Source: an uncultured Saprospiraceae bacterium
GTDB lineage: Bacteria > Bacteroidota > Bacteroidia > Chitinophagales > Saprospiraceae
Direction: 5' to 3'
Length of the DNA: 54,488 nucleotides
NCBI GenBank assembly: GCA_938002705.1
Contig: CALLAG010000197.1
Coordinates: 1 to 54,488 of the forward strand
Made by a program: the position numbers and the translations under genes. The first letter of the stretch is position 1; each line of letters starts with the position of its first letter. The notes under the pieces were generated by a model that made no database searches, was not told the origin of the DNA, and saw only the letters and a program-made list of their open reading frames with translations. Below are positions 27,101-36,110 of this stretch, piece after piece.

Positions 27101-29956
27101 ATCTGGACCAGTCCACGAGTAAGAATCAACGAGATCCTGAGATATACCTGAGAATAATCGTAAGGTGTCAGCAAGGCATAATCCACTTACAAAAGTAGGA
27201 TTGATAGAATCTTTTTCTATTGTTACTTTGCTTATGCAGTTGCTGGTATTATTGGATGTATCTGTGCTCGTAATATTAATATCTATTGTCTGTCCTGAAT
27301 CTAAGCAACTAAAACTATCTGGATTAATACTTACGGTAGGAACATCGCAATTATCTATAGAAGAGATTAGGATTAAATCAGAAATGATATCATAGATACC
27401 CGTCTGGTTAGGTTGTATATTAATCGTTGTGTCTCGACATGATAGAGTAGGGGCGATAGTGTCTAGTACATTTATTAAAGTATTACAAGATCCTATGTTA
27501 TCACTTCTATCAGTAGTCGAATATATTAATTCGTAAATGCCAGGTATTAATTCTGAACTTTCTTCGTTGTTATTTATAATATTCTGATCACTATCGAGAA
27601 TAATATGTTCAGGCACAATGTCACTGTACTCTAGAGTTATAGTTAGATATGATACCTCGTCCCTTAGGTCTGACGGGCTGACATTATCTGGCTCACATAC
27701 ATCTACTCCGCTTCCTGCATTATTTTCAAATACGACTGTAAATTTTATGTCCATATCTTCTGCCCATACATTAAATTGATTGGCTTCCAGAATTAGAAAT
27801 TCTAATGTCGGCGTACATTGTCCGTCAGTTAATTCCATGAGCACATCTCCGAATTCAGAAATTATCTTAACTGCTGATCCAGAACTAATGTTGAGAGCAT
27901 ATTCTACTTTTATTATTGGTTTGAATATTCTTCCTTGTCTTACGATGTTCTTGAATTCTACTGGAAAATCTTGAGCACTATATGAGCTGTCTACAGCATC
28001 GTATGTAAAATTGATGAATCCATTATTAGCAGGTAGGGTCTGAGAGAAATTATTAGAGCCAAAACAGTTGTCAGAAAAATCTATAATCTCTGGAACAACA
28101 AAATCTATAATGCAATCATTATCTACGTAGACATCTAAGAATGGAGAACAAGTGATAGTAGGAGATATGGTGTCTATAATGCTTAGTAATTGTGTACAGG
28201 ATGAGATATTGCCACCACAATCTTGTGCAGTGTATACTATGTCGTGTGAGCCTACTTCAAGTTCTATTATATTATTTTCAAGGTTACTATAGACGAAATT
28301 ATTGTCCAATAGAGCTGTCCATATGGTATCAGCCGCAACACCACAATTATCTTCTAAGTCCGGAAAAGTAAGATTATAATCGAGCAGACAGCCATCGGTA
28401 CCTAAGATATATGTGCTGTCAGTAGGACAATTGATAATCTCAGCTGCTACCGTATCTATGAGCACAAATGTTGCTGTCTCAGAGCTTATATTTCCACATC
28501 GATCATAGGCGAATATCTCTATGTCTTGGTTGATGATTCTATTGTCATTGCCGCTACATTGTGGCATGATTAGAGTGGGAGCTTCAGCATTTATTATTGA
28601 TGTTGTATCGGGATAATCACCAGGTAATCTTACTAATATATTGATGTCAGTACAATTATCTTCTATTTCTGCATTGGCATTATTATCTAACCAAGCTCTG
28701 AAAGTAGATATGATATTAAGATCATCACATCCTAATGTGAGGTCAGAAGGATTTGTTATGAATGTAGGCGTATCGAAATCTTGGACCTGAATGGTCTGTG
28801 TTGCTATGAGCGTATTTCTGCATACATCTACAATAGTCCATGTCCTCGATATTTGTTGCTGACATTCATTGTCTAATATGATATCGTCCATGAAGCTGAT
28901 ATCTATAGCTGAGCAATTGTCAGTAGCTGTAAGAAAATTATTAGGATCGTTAAGGTCTGTTCCGCAGGGGACGATGACTTCATCATCGTAGATTACCAGT
29001 GGTATAAGTGTGTCTGCGACAGTAACTATCTGCGTATCTCTGACCATATTACCGCATGCGTCTGTAGCTATCCATCGGCGTTCTATGGTATAGTTATAAT
29101 GTCCGCAGTTAAGTGTATCTATGTGCTGGTTGGATGATTCGGAATATGTTACATCCACTAAGCCATCACAATCATCTTGGAACAGTGGAGCGATATTATC
29201 TACTGATTGACTACATAGAATAGTTGTGTCTGAAAGTGCTACAATTATATTAGGTGCAATGGTGTCAGAGTCTATAGAAAATGTTGCTGATGTAGAATTG
29301 ATGTTATCACATTCATCTTTTATGAAAAAGGAAACATCAACACTCCAAGCACACATGTCACGCAGTATTATAATATCTGTAGAATCACCAAATTCTACAA
29401 ATCCCGTATTACCTGATATGTCTTGCCATGTATAATGTGATCTGATAATACTATCACTACAATTATCAGTAGCGACAGCTCCACCATAATTATCCAGCCA
29501 GGTAGCTAAGGTGTCTTGTATCCCAATATCACAATGTGTGGATATGGATTGGGCCATTGTCGTAAAGTCAGGCGCAGTATTATCTTCTACTACAAATCTC
29601 GAATATAAAGTGTCCAAACTTATATTATCGCAGTCGTCGATAGCATAGAATCCGACTTCTATTTCCCCAGTATCAGAACAGCTAGAACCAAAAGCTTGTA
29701 GTAATAGATTGAGTGCTTCATTTACTGTAATTAGAGCATTGACCGTAGCGTCTCCATTATCCGCTTCTGAGAAGCCACCACTATTAATCCATGCTGTGAG
29801 CTCTATAGACAATGCTGCATCGCATGAAATAAATAAATTCTGAGGTTGTATTGTAAATGTGGGAGGTATAGAGTCTTGTACAGAGCCAGCATTAGCTTTA
29901 GTAGCTATGAGAAGAACTGTCAGTAGGCTAAGGTATAATGCTCTATTAAGATACAT
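24131..29956 (-). CDS. Giant cell-surface adhesin with HYR-like and Ig-like repeats and a T9SS type-B (gliding motility-associated) C-terminal sorting domain
   Basis: 1941 aa with a signal peptide. The N-terminal ~900 aa hold repeated D-x-C-[GD]-N modules (DDCDN, DACGN, DRCGN, DCGGN, DNCD), which are HYR-like. Residues 918-1582 hold 8 tandem ~80-aa Ig-like modules. A cadherin/VCBS-like domain follows (ANDDNY...NYTPESGYVGIVEFTYEI). The C-terminus ITPNNDGFNDNFVI...FNQWGDEVY...WDGTYNGQVLPVGTYFYIIDLGDG is the type-B CTD. Confidence 0.85.
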   Translation of the reverse strand: MYLNRALYLSLLTVLLIATKANAGSVQDSIPPTFTIQPQNLFISCDAALSIELTAWINSGGFSEADNGDATVNALITVNEALNLLLQAFGSSCSDTGEIEVGFYAIDDCDNISLDTLYSRFVVEDNTAPDFTTMAQSISTHCDIGIQDTLATWLDNYGGAVATDNCSDSIIRSHYTWQDISGNTGFVEFGDSTDIIILRDMCAWSVDVSFFIKDECDNINSTSATFSIDSDTIAPNIIVALSDTTILCSQSVDNIAPLFQDDCDGLVDVTYSESSNQHIDTLNCGHYNYTIERRWIATDACGNMVRDTQIVTVADTLIPLVIYDDEVIVPCGTDLNDPNNFLTATDNCSAIDISFMDDIILDNECQQQISRTWTIVDVCRNTLIATQTIQVQDFDTPTFITNPSDLTLGCDDLNIISTFRAWLDNNANAEIEDNCTDINILVRLPGDYPDTTSIINAEAPTLIMPQCSGNDNRIINQDIEIFAYDRCGNISSETATFVLIDTVAAEIINCPTDSTYILGTDGCLLDYNLTFPDLEDNCGVAADTIWTALLDNNFVYSNLENNIIELEVGSHDIVYTAQDCGGNISSCTQLLSIIDTISPTITCSPFLDVYVDNDCIIDFVVPEIIDFSDNCFGSNNFSQTLPANNGFINFTYDAVDSSYSAQDFPVEFKNIVRQGRIFKPIIKVEYALNISSGSAVKIISEFGDVLMELTDGQCTPTLEFLILEANQFNVWAEDMDIKFTVVFENNAGSGVDVCEPDNVSPSDLRDEVSYLTITLEYSDIVPEHIILDSDQNIINNNEESSELIPGIYELIYSTTDRSDNIGSCNTLINVLDTIAPTLSCRDTTINIQPNQTGIYDIISDLILISSIDNCDVPTVSINPDSFSCLDSGQTIDINITSTDTSNNTSNCISKVTIEKDSINPTFVSGLCLADTLRLFSGISQDLVDSYSWTGPDNFISDQSDPILTSINDDNSGIYRLEITTNQGCVYTGEAEIEVSLFDSPEISSSQTIYCSGDDVLLNSTSFTEIVDYFWYEGISPNGILIGQTDGPSLSITPTIGEHFYYVEVMGENCNSNPSNTFTIEVKPIPVAAITNPFITICEGDDIVLESATAGPNFSYEWMGPNGYLSTGQIPAVINDASIINQGNYTLTINEGDCVSDIVTAQVVIFQPPITPEITGESIYCVGQSAVLSVNNISTATRYHWYNNGLLYNSTSTNNLLIPSISINESGEWTVIAEDGLCLSEESEVFNISVESVLNVGASNNGPICEGDQVTLTSTFIPGASYQWVGPQGNTFSGREITINAVSGTYTVNVTTQSNCSATTTTQVTVRPKPIITALSNTSLPCMSGSTPISLVPSVFPAGNYTYTWSGPNNYNSNEPVAIIPNADLSDNGTYTLIVSNGDCVSDPSTNTVDISLIPQVALLQGDIMACENSTVTISILNPVSGTATWIWTTPQGIVTTTTPSLTIDNISTQDLGQYSVIQEQNTCRSQPSSSIDVSIIDLPQVPSISGPTMICEGDRLILTTELMQGSTYLWQTPTGLITQDTPELIIDNISISQQGNYQVYTEMGACTSPLSDVLNLQVIARPIAPEFVSTSLSICNSTNSQLEVCIEDYLQEYDLVQIIDVSSGTILMEERSLCFDLSFLLGSSQSSIELAAVIIEDNCSSESSETLTIDIFNIPEDITSVDIDSITLCNVEFFNITPDNIISEVDYEWTSPDPEINIFQNQNNNTSFSNLRSGNNTLILRSNFGECGNYGNDTLIAFVVDQIIANDDNYIGAFDDDIIMRPLLNDELSTAATLTIITDPERGDLTIDDNVLNYTPESGYVGIVEFTYEICYLDCEDICSQATITIEIGDDIECFAGNIMTPNNDGFNDNFVIPCLSNNNFRQNNLIVFNQWGDEVYSAAPYENDWDGTYNGQVLPVGTYFYIIDLGDGSMPLQGFIIIEL
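25211..27205 (-). repeat. Eight tandem Ig-like modules (76-86 aa each) inside the adhesin gene
   Basis: Each module has a conserved Cys near its start (ICEGD, YCSGD, YCVGQ, ACENS), a W/Y-x-W/G-P core (YSWTGPDN, YEWMGPNG, YQWVGPQG, YTWSGPNN, YLWQTPTG), G-x-Y (GIYRL, GNYTL, GTYTL, GQYSV, GNYQV) and a second Cys. Confidence 0.7.
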
Positions 29957-30115
29957 ATGGGAAATAACGTTTCCATGTCTAATAATGTCTTATCATTATC
30001 AATAATTATGCTCTAATTGTAATATTGATGTCTATTGCACACTTTAGATAAGTAATTCTTAATTCTAAGGGAGGACAATACTCGTTATAATCGTTTTTTA
30101 AGGCAAAGAATGAGA

Positions 30116-30301
30116 CTATTCTTCTTCTGTTAGATCTCGCTCATTTAATTTTTTATCATCGACTTTTTCATTTAAGAAGTCATTGAGAGAATCGATCTTG
30201 TAATTAGCTTCTAATTCTCCGAATGAGCTTATTTTTATATCAAAAGCTCCTAACTCTTTATGAACTGATGGATTCCCTTTCTTTTGCATTTTCTTTGGCA
30301 T
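30116..30301 (-). CDS. Hypothetical small charged protein
   Basis: 61-aa Lys/Glu-rich ORF in an otherwise empty gap. No family recognised, so coding status is uncertain. Confidence 0.3.
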   Translation of the reverse strand: MPKKMQKKGNPSVHKELGAFDIKISSFGELEANYKIDSLNDFLNEKVDDKKLNERDLTEEE

Positions 30302-30410
30302 AATGTCGTATTTAATTTTATAACAAAGTAATCATTCATTGTAGTTCGATTTATTTCGATTATCTCAATTTTTGATTTTTATCTGTTAATATTCAATACT
30401 TTATTGCATT

Positions 30411-30429
30411 TTGTACAAATGAATTGTAC
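30411..30429 (+). promoter_or_regulatory. Candidate antitoxin operator: palindrome TTGTACAA plus a nearby half-site repeat ATTGTAC
   Basis: TTGTACAA (30411..30418) is self-complementary. TTGTAC recurs 5 nt later. It lies 30-50 nt upstream of the antitoxin ATG at 30460. Confidence 0.3.
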
Positions 30430-30459
30430 GTTTGTGTTGTCTTTAACAAAAACTCTATT

Positions 30460-30747
30460 ATGAAAACCATACCCATCAGTGACTTAAGAGGTAATCTCAA
30501 GCATGTTCTTGACATGGTCAAGAGTGGGCAGGCCATAGATATAACCCAGAGAGGTAAGATTATTGCGACTATCACGCCACCTCAAGCTGATGATGATGAA
30601 GCAGCTTTTAATGCCAGAATATCTTCTTACAAGAACGGTGGCTTGGTTATTAATGATGATATCATTAATGCACCTCTTATAGAATATGATTATGTAACTG
30701 ACATTGATCTGGATGATATGTCCATAGCTGCTGAGCCAGATGAGTAG
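30460..30747 (+). CDS. Type II antitoxin, Phd/YefM family
   Basis: Start moved to ATG 30460. MKTIPISDLRGNLKHVLDMVKSGQAIDITQRGKIIATI is typical of the Phd/YefM N-domain. The tail is acidic. It overlaps the toxin start by 8 nt. Confidence 0.75.
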   Translation: MKTIPISDLRGNLKHVLDMVKSGQAIDITQRGKIIATITPPQADDDEAAFNARISSYKNGGLVINDDIINAPLIEYDYVTDIDLDDMSIAAEPDE

Positions 30748-31138
30748 ACAGAAAATTCTTGTAGATACTCATTATCTTATATGGGATATGATGGGACATA
30801 GAAACTTTACACCTGATGTAGAAAAACTCATAACAGATAATCCTAATCATGTTTATATTTCTTCGATGTCTTTCTGGGAATTGGGTATGTTAGTTTCTAA
30901 GAAAAAGATATCCATTAATACATCCGTAGAGACGTTTATCAATGATATAATCCGCTATCGCAATTATAAAGTCTTAGATCTCACACCTCGTATGTCTGAT
31001 GTTATTGCGGAATATAAAAGTGATATCAACGCTGATCCAGCGGACAGAGTCATTGTAGCCACCGCTGTCGTATATAATGCTATGCTGCTTACTGCAGATC
31101 GTAATCTTAGGTCTTTGGAGTTTGTTAGGACATATTAG
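30740..31138 (+). CDS. vapC: Type II toxin, VapC family PIN-domain ribonuclease
   Basis: 132 aa. The PIN acidic residues are in order: ILVDTH, SFWELG, DPADRVIVATA, LLTADRN. Confidence 0.85.
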   Translation: MSRQKILVDTHYLIWDMMGHRNFTPDVEKLITDNPNHVYISSMSFWELGMLVSKKKISINTSVETFINDIIRYRNYKVLDLTPRMSDVIAEYKSDINADPADRVIVATAVVYNAMLLTADRNLRSLEFVRTY

Positions 31139-31234
31139 TGATATTGTATTACATCTCAGGTGTGATGAGATGTTCAACTACTAATAAGCTCTAAAACAAG
31201 AAAAACCCATCACTTACGTGACAGGTTTTATAAT

Positions 31235-31310
<76 letters not shown>

Positions 31311-31391
31311 AAATATATCTTTATCTACATTTATCTATTCAATTTGACTTCAATAAATGTAGTGTTTAAATTCCTCACTTTGAGGTATTTG

Positions 31392-31480
31392 CGGTGGAGG
31401 AGGGATTCGAACCCCCGGTACCGATTTCTCAGTACGCTGATTTAGCAAACCAGTGGTTTCAGCCACTCACCCACTCCACC
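31392..31480 (-). tRNA. tRNA-Ser (anticodon GCT), long variable arm
   Basis: The minus strand reads GGTGGAG...CTGGT TTGCTAA ATCAG, then a long variable arm, then GGGGG TTCGAAT CCCTC CTCCACC G. Length is 89 nt with no encoded CCA. Confidence 0.9.
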
Positions 31481-31626
31481 TTTGAAGAGGACGGCAAAGA
31501 TAGAATAATGAATAATAAAAACAAATAGCTTCGCCTTTAGAATTGATATAGTTTAAATTATTATTTATTGATGCTTAGAATTAAGCTCTTTATATACAAT
31601 ATTATTTGAGTAGAAAGGAATGTCGC

Positions 31627-32142
31627 CTAATTACTGCCGTAACCTATTTCATTGTTTTTCAGTACCTTATCATTTTTCCACTCTGACCTTTTTTTGAAGT
31701 ATTTTGGATTAATGATAAGCAAACCGAAAGATTCACATCCGTACTTTGTTTGTACGGAATGATGAGAGCCGTGGGCTCTTAGGATAGCACGAGAGTATTT
31801 GTTGTCGAGTTGTCTGAACCACTTGAACCTTTGATGTATATATACATCATGAATGAGGAAATATATCGCTCCGTATATTGATATTCCGATACCTACATAT
31901 AGTAGAGCTCCCCAACCTTCAAAAAATGAACCCGCCATATAACAAAAGGCTGATGGTACCGCGAATACAAAAAAGAAACGATCGTTCTTTTCAAAAAAAC
32001 CTGTCTTGTGGATAGGGTCGTGATGATCTTCATGCCATTTCCATAGAATGCCGTGCATTATGTATTTGTGAGCAAACCATGCTACGAATTCCATCGCCAA
32101 AGTAGTGGCTACAACTATTCCTATGTTCATTAATACAGACAT
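31627..32142 (-). CDS. crtZ: Beta-carotene hydroxylase-like (CrtZ / fatty-acid hydroxylase superfamily) membrane protein
   Basis: 171 aa. The His-box pattern HKYIMHG...WHEDHH...HDVYIHQRF...HGSHH parallels the CrtZ motifs. Confidence 0.65.
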   Translation of the reverse strand: MSVLMNIGIVVATTLAMEFVAWFAHKYIMHGILWKWHEDHHDPIHKTGFFEKNDRFFFVFAVPSAFCYMAGSFFEGWGALLYVGIGISIYGAIYFLIHDVYIHQRFKWFRQLDNKYSRAILRAHGSHHSVQTKYGCESFGLLIINPKYFKKRSEWKNDKVLKNNEIGYGSN

Positions 32143-32172
32143 ACTTCTAAGACAGATTAGATTGATAAAAGT

Positions 32173-35100
32173 TTAGTCTAAAGTAATGGTTTTGGGACGG
32201 ATATTGTCCAATTCTATATAGAAATTGGTTCCTACATGTTCTTCAGAATCGAAATAGAGTCTACCGTTCATAGATTCTAACATATTAGCTGCAATAGCTA
32301 ATCCTAAGCCAGAACCAGAGTCTTTAGTGGTGAATTTGGGTTGGAAGATTTTGTCCTTCATATCGTCAGGGACACCCATACCATTATCACTTACTTGGAT
32401 TAATGCTTTATCACCTTTAGTGTATAGTTTGAGGACGATTTTACCTTTTTTATCTTGAGGGATCGATTCGATAGCATTTTTTACAAGGTTATTAAGTATC
32501 CTTATTAGTTGATTTTTATCTGCTAATACGCTTATGGCATTAATGGGTTCCACCAACGATATTTCCATATCTTCTCTCTTTCTGAAGAGATTATGTACCA
32601 CTTCTACAACACTATTGAGTTCTATCATAGTATTATTAGTCTTTGGAAGTTCTGCGAAGTTGCTGAAGGAATTAGCTATCTGAGTGAGATTATCAATCTG
32701 TTCCATTAGAGTTGCAGAGATTTTCTTTGATATAGCTTTGGCGTTCTCAGGTTCCTTAGTGATTGCTTTTTCGAGATGTTGGATGTACATCTTCATCGGG
32801 GTGAGGGGATTCTTAATCTCGTGTGCTACTTGCTTAGCCATCTCTCTCCATGCAGAGTCTCTCTCTGTCTTAGCTAATAATACGGCACTCTTATCGAGTT
32901 GATTGACCATATTATTATAATTTTTGATCAGGGTACCGATTTCGTCTTCTTTGTCCCATGAGATTAGTTCATTTCTCTTACCTAAGGTCAGTTGTGATAG
33001 TTTCTGATTGAGTAGTGCAAGGGGTTGTGTTATAGATCTTGCTATGAATATTGCAATGACACTTGCTATCAGAAATAAGAATACGTAGACATTGAAGATG
33101 GATCCTAAGAAGTCGAATACACTAATCCTATTCGATATATTAGTTTTATAACTTAACACAGTATAGCCTACAGTGGCTTCATCATAGAGTATAGGGAGGT
33201 AGTTCTTTCTTTGGTCCTTACTGTAGTCTCTGAATGCTTGTGGATCTTTCTGTTTGGCAAAATAGGTAAATGGGAAATAGTCTCCAGTGTATATATCTCC
33301 GCCTATAGGTATAATGTCTAATTCTGCATCGTGAGTTACTTCTAAGCTGTTTTCATAGTTTTTGGCGATAGCAACCGTTTCTTGTTCTGATTGTGCTATC
33401 TGTGTTTTATTATCTAAATCTCTGGCTATAGCATTCAGTTTTTCTTTGATGAATAGCTCATTTCTATTGTCTATAAAAGTCTTTAGAAATGATGTAGTTA
33501 TTATCGCTATTATGAAAAATGAAAATAGAATGACCAGTATAAGTGATATCTGAATCTTAGAGTTAAGAGAATCTATATTCTGAATCTTAAAAGGCCAGTT
33601 ATCCGGTAAGAATCCAATAAAAATATTAGCAATACCAAGGAGGAATATTAAGACAACTATCGCTGAGAATAGAAACGAAAACAATGCAATCGGTTTTACT
33701 AAACTAAAGAATGACTTTTTGGTTATGAGCAGTTTCTCAGGAGTAGGTTGATATTTGATATAGACATCTGAGTTTTCATATATTATATTTTCCTTTGATT
33801 GGCTTATGAGTGTCATCTCATCTTGGGTCAAGGCTATCTCTTTTCTGACGGCTCTTCCATTGATATAGTAATTAAGAGGCAGCTTTGCTGTGTAATATTT
33901 TTTAGGTAGTTGGAATCCCGATTTTATTATATAGCTATTAACGCCTTTAGTAGAGAACCATATGATATTGTGTAATTCATCAAAGCTGACATTCTCTTTG
34001 ATTGCGATAAGATTCTGAGGCATCTTATACTTTCCATCAAAAATATTGACATAATTAGTATCAAATATTTCTATTATAAAATTCCGCTGACCAATCTTCT
34101 GAGATAGAAAATCATTGATATCTTTTCTGTCGTAGTTAGCTTCATCAGGAAGGATAAGAAGTTCGTTGACTTCTGCAATTATGGTTTCATTGATGGCACT
34201 ATCGGTGATCTCATCTAATGCCTCTTGATCGAAAGTATAGAAGGTGTCATGTAGAAAATTTTTATGTGTAAATACATCTTTCTTTATATCGTAGTTAAAG
34301 AAAACTGCTGATAGATATATCCCGAATAGTATAGACCACCAGATAACCCATGTTATAGTCTTGTAGTTAATATCTATAAATAGATCTAAAAGAAACAGAA
34401 AGGATATCATGAATAAACCGAAGAATAATGGATTAATGTCCAGCCGTAATAAGTGTACTGTGACAACTCCTGCCATAGTGAGAATAAAAAATGATAGGCC
34501 TAAGTTCCGCCTTGACAATTGATTTTTTAGGTCTATAATTATTGTTGTCGCATATATAAATATTGCAGCTAATAAGGATAGACATGTGCCGAATATTATA
34601 GTATCTCTTATGCCTATATTAGATAAATTGTTGATAGCGATGTTAATCTTATCGCTGTACATCAGAAGTTGTATAAGTCTGAGGTGAGATACGAAGAGCA
34701 GCAGTAAGAAGCCCAGATTTAGACTATTGTATATAATAGCGTATCTCTTGACCTTATTAGAGAATTGTATTTTGGATAAGAATATAAGGCAGCCTGTGAT
34801 GATAAGCGTGTCCAGTGTAAGGTCTATACTACTATAGGCACTTTTATTGAATATGCTCTCGACGATATCCAGATTCTGAAACCTCTCATGCCATGGCATG
34901 AAAAATAATATCATCCTACCGATGACGATACATCCGAATAGTGCAATACTTTTTTTGCGTACACAATTAAGTATTAATAATACAAGACCTATGATATAAG
35001 TACAGATCAGTATGTAGTTGAGATTTATAGATCTATATCTCTCACCTATCTTAAGCGGGATAGCATTGAGGAGCTTGAATTCGCTCTGCTCGTCATTAGA

Positions 35101-35547
35101 GCTATATATTCTATTGCTGACGCCTGATCGGTCATATATGAAATTATAGAGTTCTCCTGATTCATTATAGACTTCTAAGCAGATATTGATTATGATAGAA
35201 TCACTGGCCTTTCTTATGTCGCAGAAGCTTTCATCGGAGGATTCTTGTTTCCACTTCCAGTATAGGAGTTTACTTCCGCTGTATACCTTGGCGAATATAT
35301 GATCTCTGCTTAGTTGGTCTTCGAGCTCTTTTATCTTGGATAAGTCTTCAGTCTCTAAGCTGTCTTTCTGGAATAGGGTAATATACTCCTCAGAACTCAG
35401 TAGATTCTTGTAGTGGGATAGTTCAGAATCTACATATGCTTCCAGTTGCACAAAGCTGTCGCTCTTGCCTGTCGGTCGCAGAGATATATAATCTATAGCG
35501 ATGGTGACTAAAAGTATTGATATGGATATTATAAGCCCCTTAGACAT
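32173..35547 (-). CDS. Large multi-TM sensor histidine kinase, NtrY-like HAMP-HisKA-HATPase core
   Basis: 1124 aa. Contains ERDSAWREMAKQVAHEIKNPLTPMKMYIQHLEK (NtrY-type H-box), an N-box (LVKNAIESI) and G-boxes (DNGMGVP, GSGLGLAIA). There are about 10 N-terminal TM helices and no adjacent response regulator. Confidence 0.85.
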   Translation of the reverse strand: MSKGLIISISILLVTIAIDYISLRPTGKSDSFVQLEAYVDSELSHYKNLLSSEEYITLFQKDSLETEDLSKIKELEDQLSRDHIFAKVYSGSKLLYWKWKQESSDESFCDIRKASDSIIINICLEVYNESGELYNFIYDRSGVSNRIYSSNDEQSEFKLLNAIPLKIGERYRSINLNYILICTYIIGLVLLILNCVRKKSIALFGCIVIGRMILFFMPWHERFQNLDIVESIFNKSAYSSIDLTLDTLIITGCLIFLSKIQFSNKVKRYAIIYNSLNLGFLLLLFVSHLRLIQLLMYSDKINIAINNLSNIGIRDTIIFGTCLSLLAAIFIYATTIIIDLKNQLSRRNLGLSFFILTMAGVVTVHLLRLDINPLFFGLFMISFLFLLDLFIDINYKTITWVIWWSILFGIYLSAVFFNYDIKKDVFTHKNFLHDTFYTFDQEALDEITDSAINETIIAEVNELLILPDEANYDRKDINDFLSQKIGQRNFIIEIFDTNYVNIFDGKYKMPQNLIAIKENVSFDELHNIIWFSTKGVNSYIIKSGFQLPKKYYTAKLPLNYYINGRAVRKEIALTQDEMTLISQSKENIIYENSDVYIKYQPTPEKLLITKKSFFSLVKPIALFSFLFSAIVVLIFLLGIANIFIGFLPDNWPFKIQNIDSLNSKIQISLILVILFSFFIIAIITTSFLKTFIDNRNELFIKEKLNAIARDLDNKTQIAQSEQETVAIAKNYENSLEVTHDAELDIIPIGGDIYTGDYFPFTYFAKQKDPQAFRDYSKDQRKNYLPILYDEATVGYTVLSYKTNISNRISVFDFLGSIFNVYVFLFLIASVIAIFIARSITQPLALLNQKLSQLTLGKRNELISWDKEDEIGTLIKNYNNMVNQLDKSAVLLAKTERDSAWREMAKQVAHEIKNPLTPMKMYIQHLEKAITKEPENAKAISKKISATLMEQIDNLTQIANSFSNFAELPKTNNTMIELNSVVEVVHNLFRKREDMEISLVEPINAISVLADKNQLIRILNNLVKNAIESIPQDKKGKIVLKLYTKGDKALIQVSDNGMGVPDDMKDKIFQPKFTTKDSGSGLGLAIAANMLESMNGRLYFDSEEHVGTNFYIELDNIRPKTITLD

Positions 35548-35638
35548 AATATATAAAATTACATATTATATTTAGTTATCATATATATGTTGTTGTTTGT
35601 CTCATATTTATAATTTCATATATGAACATAGGATGGCT

Positions 35639-35646
35639 TATATTTG
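35639..35646 (+). promoter_or_regulatory. Bacteroidota -7 promoter box (TAnnTTTG) for rnpB
   Basis: TATATTTG sits a few nt upstream of the predicted 5' end of RNase P RNA. Confidence 0.45.
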
Positions 35647-35647
35647 T

Positions 35648-36026
35648 AGGAGTGTACGCTTTATCGCTCTGATGCAGATCAGAGAGGAAAGTCCGGACAA
35701 CGTAGAGAACTGCACCATCTAACGGGTGGATATGGAATCCTGAGGATTCTGTATTATCAATGTAACAGAAACAAACTACCTCACTCAGATGCTTCTGAAT
35801 GAGGAAAAGCTGAAACCGTAGGGTAAGAGCCTACGCATGGTTATGGTAACATGATCATGGGACATATTGCAGGTTGTAATGTCAAGTATACTTCGATTTT
35901 CCCCTCGGGGAAGTAGAGTTTCTCGCTCTATTCATTTTATGTATTCGGAGAGGGTAGGCAGCATAGATAAATGATAAAGGTCCCGACTTGTCGGGATACA
36001 GGATCCGGCTTACAGTACACTTTTAT
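35648..36026 (+). ncRNA. rnpB: RNase P RNA, bacterial type A
   Basis: Universally conserved GAGGAAAGTCCGGAC (35692..35706) and the 3' P4 strand ACAGGATCCGGCTTA (about 35998..36012). P1 pairing is AGGAGTGTAC (35648..) with GTACACTTTT (..36024). The region is GC-richer than the flanks and no ORF covers it. Ends are good to a few nt. Confidence 0.85.
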
Positions 36027-36048
36027 ACTTAAGTATAGTATGATAAAT

Positions 36049-36088
36049 AAAAGAGGCGACTACTCATTATGAATAGTCGCCTCTTTTA
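36049..36088. terminator. Bidirectional terminator shared by rnpB (+) and porV (-)
   Basis: AAGAGGCGACTA / TAGTCGCCTCTT perfect 12-bp stem, with A-run and T-run flanks. Confidence 0.7.
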
Positions 36089-36110
36089 TATTTTATAAGG
36101 TTATACGTAT

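Noticed and set aside
31627-32142. A carotenoid biosynthesis cluster around the crtZ-like gene.
   Set aside because: No crtB, crtI or crtY-like genes are adjacent. The gene stands alone between the tRNAs and the histidine kinase, so only the single-gene call is made.
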